Assembly (NCBI RefSeq): GCF_021869535.1
Contig: NW_026262701.1
Span: 69,936,001 to 70,000,000 of the forward strand
DNA length: 64,000 nt
Direction of reading: 5' to 3'
Source of the DNA: Mytilus californianus
Taxonomy: Eukaryota
The notes beneath the pieces are model-generated. The model searched no databases. It was not told the origin of the DNA and saw only the letters and a list, made by a program, of their open reading frames with translations. Each line of letters opens with the position of its first letter. The first letter of the stretch is position 1. A program made the translations under genes and the position numbers. Shown piece after piece: positions 12,623 through 25,679 of this stretch.

Positions 12623-14715
12623 AATCAAGTCTTCATATATACGATCAAATTGAATAATTCAAAAATGTTTTGATTGACTTGTGGTAAAGAAATCCCTTGG
12701 TAGAAAATTTACCGTTTAAACATGGATTACGCTCGTGAAACAAACGTCACTACAAATACTGGCATAGTGGGAAATAGTTTGGACAAATTTACACCGTTTG
12801 GAGGGCCCAAAGAAACATTACTGTCAAAAAGGGAAAATTGACAATATGGAACGATAAATCGTCGATTTTGTCGTAAATTTTGTAGATTCTTTCCTGTGTG
12901 AAACAGAAATATCCAAAATCAAGACAAGGACAATTATTGCTGTTCATATTACTAGATTTATTTAATGTCAGTACTCTGAGGTAAATTTCCGGAGCATAAA
13001 TAGAGAATAGTTGATTTTATATTTAAAGCTAAAATATTATCAGGGCAACTGCAAGTGTTATTGGATTATTCTATCAGATTAATTTACGACGGAACTATCC
13101 TGAGTTGTCCATAAACTGTGATTCGCAAAACTTACAGAAACAATTAAGTCTCCTATTATATAGGCGCAATGCGTGACCATAGGAATACCTATGCTAAAAT
13201 CTACAAGAATAAATTAAACAGCTTATTTCATCTGATAACAGTTCCAGCTTGTATATCTAGCAAACATTTTTCTTTACAGAAGAAGGCTTTAGTATAAAAA
13301 AAAAGCAAACAAATTTAAAATCAATTTTTTTTGAAGGACCATTTGATAAATAAGTAAATTTCTGTTTGATACGACTGTGAGGAATTGTAGTGAGTGTAGT
13401 TTAAAGAGTCGAAAAGTCATTTCCCGTCAACCGAATTGAAAGGTATATTTTTACTTAATCGTCTGAAAACATTATGGTATTCGTTTAGGTAGTATCCTGG
13501 TAGTGACAAAAGGAAACCAATAATTGCTAACAAACAATTGAAGAGTTGAAATTTCATTAAAACTTCAAAGCATATTCTTTAAAAAGTTAAACGTCGGGAT
13601 ATCGCTATGGAAATATGACTATGAAAGTTTTATCGGTACAAACGTTTATAAGGGTTCAAAATATTTTTTTACGAGACAAACAAACACTAAGTAACCTTTG
13701 CAAACTGCTTACACCTATATTGTAAAAAATGTGCATTTTGATTAAACAATTTTTTAAACTAATGTTTATGATTTTAAGCGTTATTTATTGTTCAAAGTTT
13801 AGGTCGAGAATTTAGACCCAAAGTATGAATGTATATATTTTATCTGATTAGACAAGTGAGAAAATGACCAAGTTTTGTTTACGTGTACTAAGATATATCA
13901 AAATGTTTATCTCCGATCATTGACTTTTAGCCTATCTGTCCTTTACATAAACACAAAGTTCTAGTGTACTCAGGAAAATGTTATATCATGGGTCAGATCT
14001 TGGAATTGATTTTTCAAATAAAACTAAACCGAATTGCCTGTTAGTACTTTGCCCTTTGACTGTGTCCAGTAACTGTATAACGTCTATGTTTTAGTAATAT
14101 CTACTGTCACTTTCATGTTTGCATGTCATGTAGTTTTTTTTTTTCTTCTTTGATACCAAAATTGATGATTTTCTAAGCAGTTTTTGGTGGATTAATTGTT
14201 ATTGTGCTTTTTGTCTTCACATCACTGTACTGAAATTTATGTTGGAGAGAATTAAAATATGATTGAATGGCGATTGCTTAACATACAAGGCCTGGAATAG
14301 TATACAGTTCAAACAAAGTAGTTTTACGCATATGTGTAACTATTAAACAATGTATAATATAAAATATTTCTGTAGTTTTGTTATCTAATGAAAATTAAAC
14401 GACTGGGGCATCACTGCAGAACTCCTGTTGCGTGTTTTATATTTTGAATAATGAATTAGGGGGGGGGGGGTAAATTTTGCCTTTTTCTCATATCAGAAGT
14501 TCCTGTTTTGTATACTTCCTTACCAGTACGCTCTTAAATGCAATTATAGTTATGTTAATATTTTTCAGCACTGTCATGACATGAAATTACTGTCACTTTA
14601 TTTAAAAAAAACAGACGGAAATTATAAGGGGACATAATAAAAAAGCACAAGTTGAAGAAAAACCGCCAATAGTCTCGAAATCTTGGTTTATTATTTTAGT
14701 TGGAATTGACTTTAT

Positions 14716-15170
14716 ATAGATATAAGAAGATGTAGTATGAGTGCCAATGAGACAACTCTCCATCCAAGTCACAATTTGTAAAAGTAAACCATTATAGGTC
14801 AAAGTACGGCCTTCAACACGGAGCCTTGGCTCACACCGAACAGCAAGCTATAAAGGGCCCCAACAATGACTAGTGTAAAACCATTCAAACAGGAAAACCA
14901 ACGGTCTAATCTATATAAAAATTGAGAAACACTTATGAACCACATCAACAAACGACAACCACTGACCATCATGTTCCTGACTTAGGACAGGTGCAAATGC
15001 GGGTTTAAACGTTATAATAGGCGCCAACCTTCACCCTACCCGAAACAATAGTGTAACATCACAAAATAGAAAGACACACTATAAAATATCAATTGAAATG
15101 GCTTAACTCAACTAAAAGACATATTAACAAAAACAAGTGAACACAGTTACACTGAACGCATAATTTTGAT
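14716..15170. repeat. Dispersed repeat family B (atatagatataagaagatgtggtatgagtgccaatgagacaactctcc...)
   Basis: Near-identical copies at about 18525-18830 and (reverse) 30090-30555. More diverged relatives at about 6961, 16075, 31360, 31780, 45705, 53275, 54215, 55210, 57675, 59230 and 62260. Confidence 0.85.
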
Positions 15171-15733
15171 CTATGACACAATGTAATAAAATACAAAATT
15201 AATAAAACAAGGGGTTTAGATGTTTAACAATATCAGAAAGACAACCATAACCTTGGACAAAATGCCGCAAAATAAAATAACGTACACAGGTAAATAAAAA
15301 TAATTTTGTTGTAAGGTATACATAGAGTACGGAAATAATTTTTACAAAATAAATAATTTTGTTGTTCTTAGTACGAGAACAAAAGTGAATGTTTATCGTT
15401 TGAATAGGTTTCGGTAATTACGAGTAGATTTGTCAGAGATTTTGGTGTGCTTAGTGCCGATCTAATGAGTTATGTTTTTTCTATCCATCTTTAACATTTG
15501 TTGTGCTGTTGTGCTGTAACACCACTTTCAAGCATAGGGGAAGGTTGATTGCTCACAAAAATGCTTAACCTCCCTGCATTTATGTGTCAGGTCCAAGTCA
15601 GAAGCCTAAAATGCATTGGTTGTTATTGGTAGCTGTCTGCCTTATTTGTTTTTCGTTTTTTGTTTACACATAAATCACGATCACATTGTTTGTTTTCTCT
15701 TTTGAATTGTTTCATATTTAGTCATGTTTAATG

Positions 15734-16049
15734 CATCTTTGCTAGCCAAGGGTTACGATCCAGTCCCCTCCTCTCTTGGCGGATTAAGACAGAATTTCGG
15801 AAATGTTGGAATGTCAATGTATATTTTCGGTTCCTGTTTCACGAAATTTGTAAACACTAGGCACAACAATATTTACACCTCCAAACTGAAGAGAGTTCAA
15901 GTGCTCTCATTGGTCAAAAAAGATGTAGTCGGAATGGGTGTGACTTTTATCTACCGGTAGATGGCGCAACATTGTTTCACAAATGTTGGCTTAATCTGCC
16001 AAGGGTGGAGAGGAGGGGACTGGATCGTAACCCTTGGCTAGCGTAGATG
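15734..16049. mobile_element. MITE with about 60-bp terminal inverted repeats
   Basis: catct..gctagccaagggttacgatccagtcccctcctctc at the left end, with its reverse complement ending at 16049. Confidence 0.85.
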
Positions 16050-16374
16050 TGTTTAATGACATCCTCGTCCTTGGTCTCATTGGCAATCATACCACAACTC
16101 CTTATTTTTTTATTAATTGCATGGCCAAAAATTAAAGAAGAAAAAAAACCTAAAAAAAAAAACATTTCAACATAAGACAAAACACAAATGTGTTAAAGAA
16201 TGCTTGAAATAACGGAATTTAACCTAAAACCAATGGGGCCATAAACTATTCCTATTCAGAATTTTCTTACGTAAAAATGTGCGTACTCAAAAGCTGTTAT
16301 GATGCATAACATTTCTCTAAAAACAGAACTAAGAAGACATAACAAACAAAACATTTTAATAAACATTTAAACAT

Positions 16375-19300
16375 TCAATTGGTACAATATACAGAAGTTT
16401 GATTTGTTTTCAAAAAGTTGCTTGTATTTATTTTGAAGTCCGCCATTTGTTTAAAAAGTTTGTTTTTGATATCATCGCTGATTGTCTTTTCTCTGGCCAA
16501 AATCCAAGCAAATTCGAAATGTGTTGCTCCAAACAAAAGATCTGTACACGAAAATATTAAAGTATATGTTTCATAATCCGTGTCTAAGACCCAGTAGTCT
16601 CCATATGGCGCAGCTGAAACGATATAAACAATTAAGTTAAAACCAAGAGTTCAAGATGAATATATAGAAACCGCAATTTGTGAGACTTCCTCGATTTTGT
16701 TTGCACAAAAACACAACACACATTTTAAATCGTTCACGGTTAGCATGCTTACTATTTCAATGACATGTTAAATTTATCTAGGTTCTGTATACAAATAAAA
16801 AAATCAAACATTATGTGTGCTTATAAAAGTTCAAATAAATATCGTAAGGAGAAGGGCATTAAAAGAGTCAAGAAAATAAAATGTTTAAAAACTATTTCAA
16901 ACAAGCACATTATGTTAGGAAATGCATACGGTCAAGAATTATAAATTGATGTTAAAAGATTTTTAATGCGTTGGTGTCTTAATTACGTCATGCACTGCTT
17001 TCATTAAAACGAAGAAAAATGCTGAATTAAGCAATCTTCCATTCATATATCTGTTGAGAAAACATCGTGCGCAGCCAAAATACAACAAAATGATTTTAGA
17101 GAAGCTTCATGATCCTTTATTAAAGTTATTTACATAATCTGACCTACATGTAATACATACAGTTGTTTTGTGGATGTGCATGTACTTTTCCAATACTAAA
17201 TATACATGTGTGGCATGTAAGTCGTATATTAACTAGTAGATTTTTTTTTTTTATTTGCGAGACTTCCTCGATTTTGCACAAAAACACAACACACACAACA
17301 CATTTTAAATCATTCACGGTTAGCATGCTTACTATTTCAATGACATGTTAAATTATCTAGGTTCTGTATACAGATAAAAAAATCAAACATTATGTGTGCT
17401 TATCAAAGTTCAAATAAATATCGTCATTATTTGCACTGCTTTCATTAAAACGAAGAAAAATGCTGAATTAAGCAATTTTCCATTCATATATCTGTTGAGA
17501 AAACATCGTGCGCAGCCAAAAAACAACAAAATGATTTTAGAGAAGCTTTATGATCCTTTATTAAAGTTATTTACATAATCTGACCTAATACATACAGTTT
17601 TTTTGTGGATGCGCATGTACTTTTCCAATGCTAAATATACATAAAAGTTGATTTAGAACAGGGAAAATCAAGAAATTTTACAAAATCTAAAAGTTCGTCA
17701 TGGTTGTATGGTTACTCGTTAAATGTTAAATTTGGTTTTATCTTCTTTACACTTTGTAGTATAAGGGCCTTATTTCCCCCTACTCTTTTTCGTTGCCCTT
17801 GGCTTGGACTTGGAAAATCTGTTTCCACTTTTACTTACCAGAGGCAAATCTAAGTTTAAGTCTTGCTGCATCACTTTTATCAGGGATATAAGCGTCGCCC
17901 TCTGCAGACGTTTGTTTTCCGTCTCTACCAATAGAAAACAGAAAAAAATACAGTATTTAAAGTTATTAAGATTTACTGCCAGAATAAGTACGGAATAGGT
18001 AATACGAGAATCAATTTTAGACCAAACTAAAAATCGGAAAATGGTTCCTTTCATTTTGTATCGATTAAATTCGTTTTTTTTTAATTAATTGTTTTAATTA
18101 GTTACTTTTTTAAAAAGTTTTCCCATGATCAATTGATGTTTGAAACTTAATCAATATAATAGTGCATTTTTATGACCAAATATCTTCAGTCAGAGATAAC
18201 AATAAAAAATAACGAAAACCATGAAAACTTTCAAATTTCAGTTCATTGATTCTCGGAAGACAAAGAAATAAAAAAAAATCGCTATGTTTCTTGTTTTGAG
18301 GACCAATTTAAATCAAATATAATGAAAATATAAAATATAAATAAAAGATACTCACGGTCCAAATCCAGAATTAAATATATCAATGTGGCCATTATCTTTC
18401 AGCTTGTAATTTGCCTTATTACAGACTTGGTCGTTTTCAAAACCAGCTTTGAATTTGTATATTTCATACCAATCTCCAAGATACTGAAACGACAACAAAG
18501 ATTATGAAATAATTTTAAGGGACTATATATAGATATAAAAAGATGTGGTATGAGTGCCAATGAGACAACTCTCCATCCAAGTCAAAATTTATAAAAGTAA
18601 ATCATTATAGGTCAAAGTACGGCCTTCAACACGGAGCCTTGGCTCACACGGAACAGCAAGCTATAAAGGGCCCCAAAAATTACTAGTGTAAAACCATTCA
18701 AACGGGAAAACCAACGTTCTAATCTATATAAAAAATGAGAAACGAGAAACACTTATGAACCACATCAACAAACGACAACTACTGAACATCAGATTCCTGA
18801 CTTAGGACAGGTGCAAACAATTGCAGCGTGGTTTATAGACTGTTTTGCTTAACTGGCATCTTATTATAATATTGTCTTAGTATTTTATTACCAGAAATGA
18901 AAAATTTTGTATGTTTCTCAAGTTGATTCATACTATAATAATGTAAAGCTATCGTTTTCCAGCATTTTCCAGCATATTATTATAATTGGACACATTTATC
19001 TATAATATATGACAGTTTACCAGGAAATCGGTATGTCAGTGGAGATTTTTTTTTTAAACATAGAAAATTGTTAATATTATAATATAAAGATTTGGATTTC
19101 CATTTCTTGTTTATTAGATATTATTTCAAAATTCTTTTCATTTGACTAAACTTTTGAATGTGATTTATATTGTCACTGTCCTGAGCGAGCTCGATGTAGA
19201 TTATAAAAGACCCGGTGTCGATTAAATGTATTTGCGGATGACAAAAATGTCCATATTATGACAGTTATTCAGATTATTAAGATAATGAATGTGTTTAAGC

Positions 19301-19700
19301 TGAAAACAATGAAAATATCTTTTTTTCATTCAGTACGAAACTGTCAAGGGTTCGTTCACAAATATTGTTATTTTCTGACATTGACTTAATATTATATATT
19401 TATATGTACATTTTCGTTCGCTTCCAAACGAAGAGCTAACAAATGAGAAATTACACATGCAATTAATTAATTTCACAATATTTGCATAATGCATGAAACA
19501 AAGTACAGGTGTATATATCTAAATAAATGAAATTAAAAGTAAGTAGACCAAGAATGAACAAATCGAAAAGAAAAAACACTTACTTGATTTATATCAAATC
19601 CTGATTTTACTGAAACAGTAGGACATTTCCCTGTACCAAACACTTGGGCGTAAGAACAACCCAGAAACAGACAGAGGATACAACCAGCAAGGGACAACAT
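16375..19700 (-). CDS. APOD: Apolipoprotein D-like lipocalin, copy B (189 aa); exons 19584-19700, 18356-18483, 17839-17924, 16375-16613
   Basis: MLSLAGCILCLFLGCSYA-QVFGTGKCP, YLGDWYEIYKF, GDAYIPD, YWVLDTDY, FSC, AWILAR, YCTN*. All introns are GT-AG, the phases match copy A, and the total is 570 nt. Confidence 0.95.
16682..17640. repeat. Local tandem duplication in ApoD-B intron 3 (copies start at about 16682 and 17258)
   Basis: gagacttcctcgatttt...tttccaat(a/g)ctaaatatacat is repeated. Copy 1 carries about 140 bp that copy 2 lacks. Confidence 0.9.
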
Positions 19701-21779
19701 TTTGATCGAAACTATTCGAAAATCTAAGCCGGGTAGTATTAATAGCTTATAAATATCAGATGTTCGGACATGTGAATCCTTATCATGGATTTCATAAGAT
19801 ATAACCACTTGTGGTCATTTTTCTGTGTCCAAAACAAAGTGATTTCATATAGGATTTATTCAAGGTTAATGATGGTCAATTCTATGTATTGTTCTTTTTA
19901 TTTTAAATATTGTCCACGTTGGAATAACGTGCGCTCTGCATTCATGGCCCACTTCGGTTTTATCACAATATGATATGTGTTGTCGTATATTGACTATAAT
20001 AGTTTTGGCGACAGAACCCAAGTCTCAACACTTGATTAGGCACGAGATGATGCGAGTAAACATTTTATCTCCTTCTAATTTGTGTGTGTGTGTGTGTGTA
20101 TGGTGAAAGAATCTTATCAAGTTTTATTAGACAACATGCTTTTGAAATACATTCATATTCATTGATAAGATAAAAACTTGACATTATTGCGGCTAAATAA
20201 AAACCTTGATACTTGTAAAAAAAACTCAGAATAAATCAGTAGAAGAGGACGTTTTGATGTAGTTTTGTCAACTCTACATTTATGTACCTTGCATCTTTAG
20301 TTGGATATAGTCCTGAATAAACATGAAACATGAGCTACTCAGCGAACATTTAGCAAACATCAATCAAATGGTCAATTTTCATTTGAAATTTAATGCAAGA
20401 ATGGAAAATTTATCAATTTCATAAAATGCATAGACTTATATAATGTTTGCAGCTTTTAATGTTTGAACTAATTCTTTTAGGCTTTTCAGTATAAAACTGA
20501 AATTGGAACGGAAATGGGGAATGTGTCAAAGAGACAACAACCCGACCAAAGAGCAGAAAACATCCCAAGGCCACCAATGGGTCTTCAACACAGCGAGAAA
20601 ATCCCGCACCCGGAGGCGGGCTTCAACTGATCCCTAAACAAAAATGTGTACTAGTTCAGTGAAAATGAACGTCACACTAAACTCCGAAACACATAATGAA
20701 CTAAAATTAAAAAAAACATACAAGACTAACATAGGCCAGAGGCTCCTGACTTGGGACAGGCACAAAACTGCCTGAAATGAATGTATATTTGATTTGTTAA
20801 GGAAAAGCAAAACATAATGAAAAAGGAGGGATCAAATGTGCTAACTCATGACACAAAATCCCTACACGCAATTGACAAAATCAAAAGAGGAGGAATTGCG
20901 CTTTTATGTTGTTCTTCATCTGAAAGGTGTAATGAGGTCTTGAACACAGAACAAAAGCTCGCATAGTTTTTTTTTTTTTTTAATTATTTCCTATATATTA
21001 TGAAAACAAGAATATGTGTCCATAGGACACCATGCATCGTTCGCATTATCAAATTTCCATGTTTTGTGAATCGGGAATTCTGGGTTAAAATCGTGATTTT
21101 GGCATATATCTTATCATAATAAACATGCGTACTAAGTTTCAAGTTGATGTGACCATGACTTTTTGGTAACCTTAAATTCTGGGTCAAAACCCTAATATGG
21201 CATATATTTTAAAAAGTTCACATTATAATAAATATGTGTATTAACTTTGATGGGTTGATGTAACAACAACTCCATGGTTAACTACTTTAAACCAACGTCA
21301 ATCATTTTTTGGTAGGGATGAGCAGCTGAGACCTCATGCGCCCGACAAATTTCGTATAACAAAAGACATTCGTACCCTAACATATATAATAAAAATAAAC
21401 CTATATCTATCATGATTACGCTATTTCACGGAGAGGTATATTGATTTGAAAATATCTTATGTATTTACGACTGTGGTTTTGCATTGCATCTAAGAAAAAT
21501 ATCCAATCTGATTAATTCCAGATACTTTTGATTTTTGAAATGAGGAACCTTTTGATATATAATTCATCTTAATTTGATCTTATTATATACATGTATCGTT
21601 GGGCTCGAAAGAGTGACCCATGCGAGCGGCTCATGCATACTACACACAACGTTATCATTAATAAACTTAAAATCGCGCGTAACGTTATAAATAAGTAAAA
21701 ACATGACGAAAAACAACAGCATATAAAAAATCTAAAAATATATAGGTGTTGCTGTTTGATAGTTAAGATAGGAACACTT

Positions 21780-21930
21780 CCATTGGTTGAATGACATTGC
21801 AAGGTGCGCGCTTAATAACGTTATAGCTACTGGTGGTTACCTAGCAACTGACGTCATACACGCCAAGTTGTGTGTTGTGTGCAGACGTCGCCATTGTAAA
21901 CAACGTCAACGAATAACATCCGGTTACAGT
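21780..21930 (+). promoter_or_regulatory. Candidate promoter and first non-coding exon of the zinc-finger gene
   Basis: CpG-enriched patch in AT-rich DNA with an ATTGG box, a perfect TGACGTCA at 21849-21856 and a possible CA|GTAATT donor near 21930. The link to the 24592 acceptor is inference. Confidence 0.3.
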
Positions 21931-22935
21931 TAATTAGTTCAAACTGGGCTATATTATTTTAATCATGCCAAAATGTTACTTGAATGGTATTCGAGGATAC
22001 AGAACAGGAAAATACAAAAGCAATACGGGTATGAAAACTATATTGAACGTGGAATTAGTTGAAAAACTGGTGTATAACGTAACTTCGTACGTGTCCGTAA
22101 CGGCTGAAACTCAAATGTTTTTTTAGTCTTTCAACTGTCCTCAATGTTCCTTTCAAACGATTTTTCTTGTTTTTACGTTGATCCAGTGTGTTTTTTTTTA
22201 ATTTAAATCCGATTTCATTCAGAGTTAACACCTTGTTGAATATGAATCAACTGCATTGGTTATTTTTTTTTATTATTTCAAGGGAAGATAATTCACGTTC
22301 TTAAAAGCAGGTGCCCTGTAACATGCGTCAAAGCAAAATTTGAAATAGCCTTCCAATACGTCACAATTAATAGGACTAGTGCTTGCCTTCAGAGGTGTTC
22401 GCAAATATATGAGTGAAAACAAACCAATAAAACAAGTTATTTTGACATGATTTAATAATATTACTGATTTTTAATTGAATATTTTGAGGAGAGAATAGGG
22501 TTTACTTTGAGAGGAACAGCTTAAGTTTTGGCTCCAAGAGACGGTGCTAGTGTCTTAACATTTGCCTGTTTCTATATATGGACCTGTGTCTTCTCCTTGT
22601 CTAAAATTTAATTCAAAATAGTGGGGTACTGATTGTCTCAGCTGCTCACCCTACCACAAAAGGATTGAAGTGGCCCCGAGTCTGACGGTAAAATGATTAC
22701 ACCAATATTTTGATTGAATTAAATGTTGTTTTTTTTATTGTGAATTTTTCAATTGTATCATTTGTCAGTCTTCCACTGACCAAGAGAATAAGGGGAATTG
22801 AGCATAAACATATCTAGCTTTGTAAATGTACTCTATAAGTTTCAGACAATCTTGCTTTTATATCGAAACAGGCATATTTCTCTCATTTCCGTCTATCGCG
22901 AACAGCAGACACAAACATGACCACATTTAGCATTG

Positions 22936-23712
22936 AAAAAGAGGGACGAAAGATACCAGAGGGACAGTCAAACTCATAGATCGAAAACAAACTGACAACG
23001 CCATGGCCAAAAATAAAAGACAAACAGACAAATAATAATACAGATGACACAACATAGAAAACTAAGCAACACGAACCCCACCAAAAACTGGGGGTGATCT
23101 TAGGTGCTCCGGAAGGGTAAGCAGATCCTGCTCTACATGTGGCACCCGTCGTGTTGCTTATGTTATTACAAATCCGGTAAATAGTCTAACTCGTTAGGTC
23201 ACATTCGTGAAAAGGGAAGGGTATTGTAGTTACGACATAAGGAACATATCCGATATCATCTGTGAAACGGTTATTCCATAAAGGTCAACCAACTCGTGAT
23301 GGCGTCCGTAAAATTTACGAAGGGATGATTTCAACTTCACCATTTGGAACTCTTGGTTTAATAGCTTCCTTGTGAGCAGCAATCCTCTATCAAGGAAATC
23401 ATGATAGGAAATACAAGCTCGGGAATATCGTATCAATTGGGAGATATATACTCCGTATGCAGGCGCTGCTGGAATGTTGCTACATAGAAATGGAAAGTTC
23501 ACAATTGGGAAGCTGAAATCATCTCTTTTGTCGTAAAGTTTTGTTTTCAACCGACCCTCATTGTCAATTTCTAGGTGTAAGTCAAGATATGAGGCAGACT
23601 TAACTGTATCTGTAGTATCCTTTATCTCTAGTTCGATGGGATAGATTCGTTCAACAGTCACCAAATTTTGTATTATTTAGTGAGAGGACACCATCTATAT
23701 AGCGGAACGTAT
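22936..23712 (-). mobile_element. 5'-truncated Penelope-like retroelement (RT C-terminal half plus 3' UTR), defective
   Basis: FRYIDG (decayed YIDD motif), then a frameshift, then ERIYPIELEIKDTT...YLDLHL...LYDKRDDFSFPIVNFP...PAYGVYISQLIRYSRAC...KFYGRHHELV. The 3' end is ctggtatctttcgtccctcttttt. Confidence 0.85.
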
Positions 23713-24608
23713 TGTACTATGAAATGAGATGGCAAGTATCTAAGACAACACTCATATGAAAAACTACAGCTATAGAAATATATGAGCATAACGAAATCAG
23801 AAATCTATATTTTAATCAGATTAAAGTCGACTTTTCTACTACCGCGGTGCTAAATCGTAAATGAAACATAATAAACGAACCAATAAGATAGTAGGATGCT
23901 AAAGTAAATAAATTAGATATATATGTGAATAACGAGAGATGTGGTGTATACGTCAATGAAACAACAACCAAACCGAGACAAATATTATACTAGTAAATTA
24001 AAAACATCTGCAGGTTATAAAAAAATTAAACAGATTCAGTTCATGAAGTTAAGCCATTTGCAACTGATTTGCAGTGTGTTCGTATGTTGGGATGTAACAC
24101 CGCTGTCAGAGGGTTGAGCGGTCACAAACATGTCTAACCCTGCTGCACTCTTTATGTGCCTGTCCCAAACAAGGAGCCTGCAGTTCCGGGGTTGTTGGTT
24201 CGTGTCTATCATATTTGTTTTTTTTCGTAAATTGCATTTTGTATTGTATAAATTAAACCGTTAGTTTTCTTATTTGATTTGTTTCACATTTTTGTGAACA
24301 CCAAATTCCCTTATATAATATAAGATTTTGTTGTTGTTGATATGACATATAGTTTATTAGAATATACTTTACAAGTATTCTGTTGTCATATTGGTATGCT
24401 TCTGATGTTTCAAAATAGCTTATAATCTAACTGTCCAATTTGAATATACACATGGATATGGAAACGGGAAACTTACACATTTTGTAAATGGCACCCATGT
24501 AATGTTAAAATTCATGACATTTAAAGATATAAAACTCACAAAGTTTTTTAATAAAAAAAAAATAAAATGACATATTTATTTATATTTTTAGAGCATGACC
24601 CATATGTT

Positions 24609-25580
24609 ATGACAACAAGGTCTGGCTTGTCCATCAAGAAAATTCCTGGACCTCGAGGTCTGGGAGTTGCAACAAAGCAACAAACGCAGCTGCCTAGACA
24701 GAGTAAGGAAAGTGTCGTGACCAAGAAATACCCAGTAATCAAATACAAATCTCTGAGCTATCTGTCTTTTGTAACTAGATTTGCTTTGGCATTGAGGGTT
24801 CCAGAATTAGAACTCGCTGGAGTGAACCCAAAAGAAACATTGGAGTATTTAGGTGATGATGGGTATTTTTATCGGTCAAATAGTGATTCAACTTCAAGCG
24901 GAGGGGACTCAAACGATGAAGACTACGAATCAGAATCGGGAGATGAAGTGTTTGAAGGAGTGGATGATAACGTATTTTACGGTTCCGAGGATGATGACAA
25001 TAAAAATTCCCAAGGGGAGAATGACTCCTTATGTGATAGTGTCAGCGATATTCGCTTGACTGACGAAAATCAAAACTTCAGTGACAACAGTGCTGATTTA
25101 ATTGTCGATAGCAGTCAGAATTTAGAATCGAAGTTTTTGGGTGTCTCGCTTTCTACAATTAGTGGACCTGACATTAACAGGCTTAACGAAACTGATAAAC
25201 CCTTCGCGTTACAACTGAAAACCGAAACACAAATTTCGTTTAAATGCGAAGACTGTGAAAGAAGTTTTACCATATATTCAGCGTACCAAGCGCATGTTCG
25301 CTCTCACTCTAAACAAAGAAATCGATGTGGAGTATGTGGAAAAATCTTCACACGTTCCTGGCTCTTGAAAGGACATATGCGCACGCATACTGGGGAAAGA
25401 CCGTTTCCCTGTCCTGCTGAAGGATGTGATAAAGCATTTGCTGACAAGTCAAATCTTCGATCGCATATGCTTATTCATAGTGTAACTACAAAGAACTTTA
25501 CTTGCCAGAAATGTGGACGTGCTTTCGCTCAAAAGCGTTATCTCCACAAGCATATGCTAGAAGTGTGTCGTTTGATATAA
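24609..25580 (+). CDS. Snail/Scratch-superfamily-like C2H2 zinc-finger transcription factor (about 323 aa, four fingers)
   Basis: Fingers include CGKIFTRSWLLKGHMRTHTGERPF, KAFADKSNLRSHM and FAQKRYLHKHMLEVC, which parallel Snail/Scratch fingers including the terminal H-x4-C. The middle is acidic. An acceptor ttttag| lies at 24591, so the ORF-track ATG at 24567 is probably intronic. The start at 24609 is inferred. Confidence 0.85.
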   Translation: MTTRSGLSIKKIPGPRGLGVATKQQTQLPRQSKESVVTKKYPVIKYKSLSYLSFVTRFALALRVPELELAGVNPKETLEYLGDDGYFYRSNSDSTSSGGDSNDEDYESESGDEVFEGVDDNVFYGSEDDDNKNSQGENDSLCDSVSDIRLTDENQNFSDNSADLIVDSSQNLESKFLGVSLSTISGPDINRLNETDKPFALQLKTETQISFKCEDCERSFTIYSAYQAHVRSHSKQRNRCGVCGKIFTRSWLLKGHMRTHTGERPFPCPAEGCDKAFADKSNLRSHMLIHSVTTKNFTCQKCGRAFAQKRYLHKHMLEVCRLI

Positions 25581-25679
25581 GATTCATAACAACTTTCATA
25601 AAACAATTTTCTTTTACTTTAACACATCTCTTTTATTTTGGATATTTATCATACTATCATAATTTTCATGTTACTCAGT

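Noticed and set aside
24567-24591. ORF-track start MTYLFIFL of the zinc-finger gene
   Set aside because: It coincides with a polypyrimidine tract and AG acceptor, so it is probably intronic.
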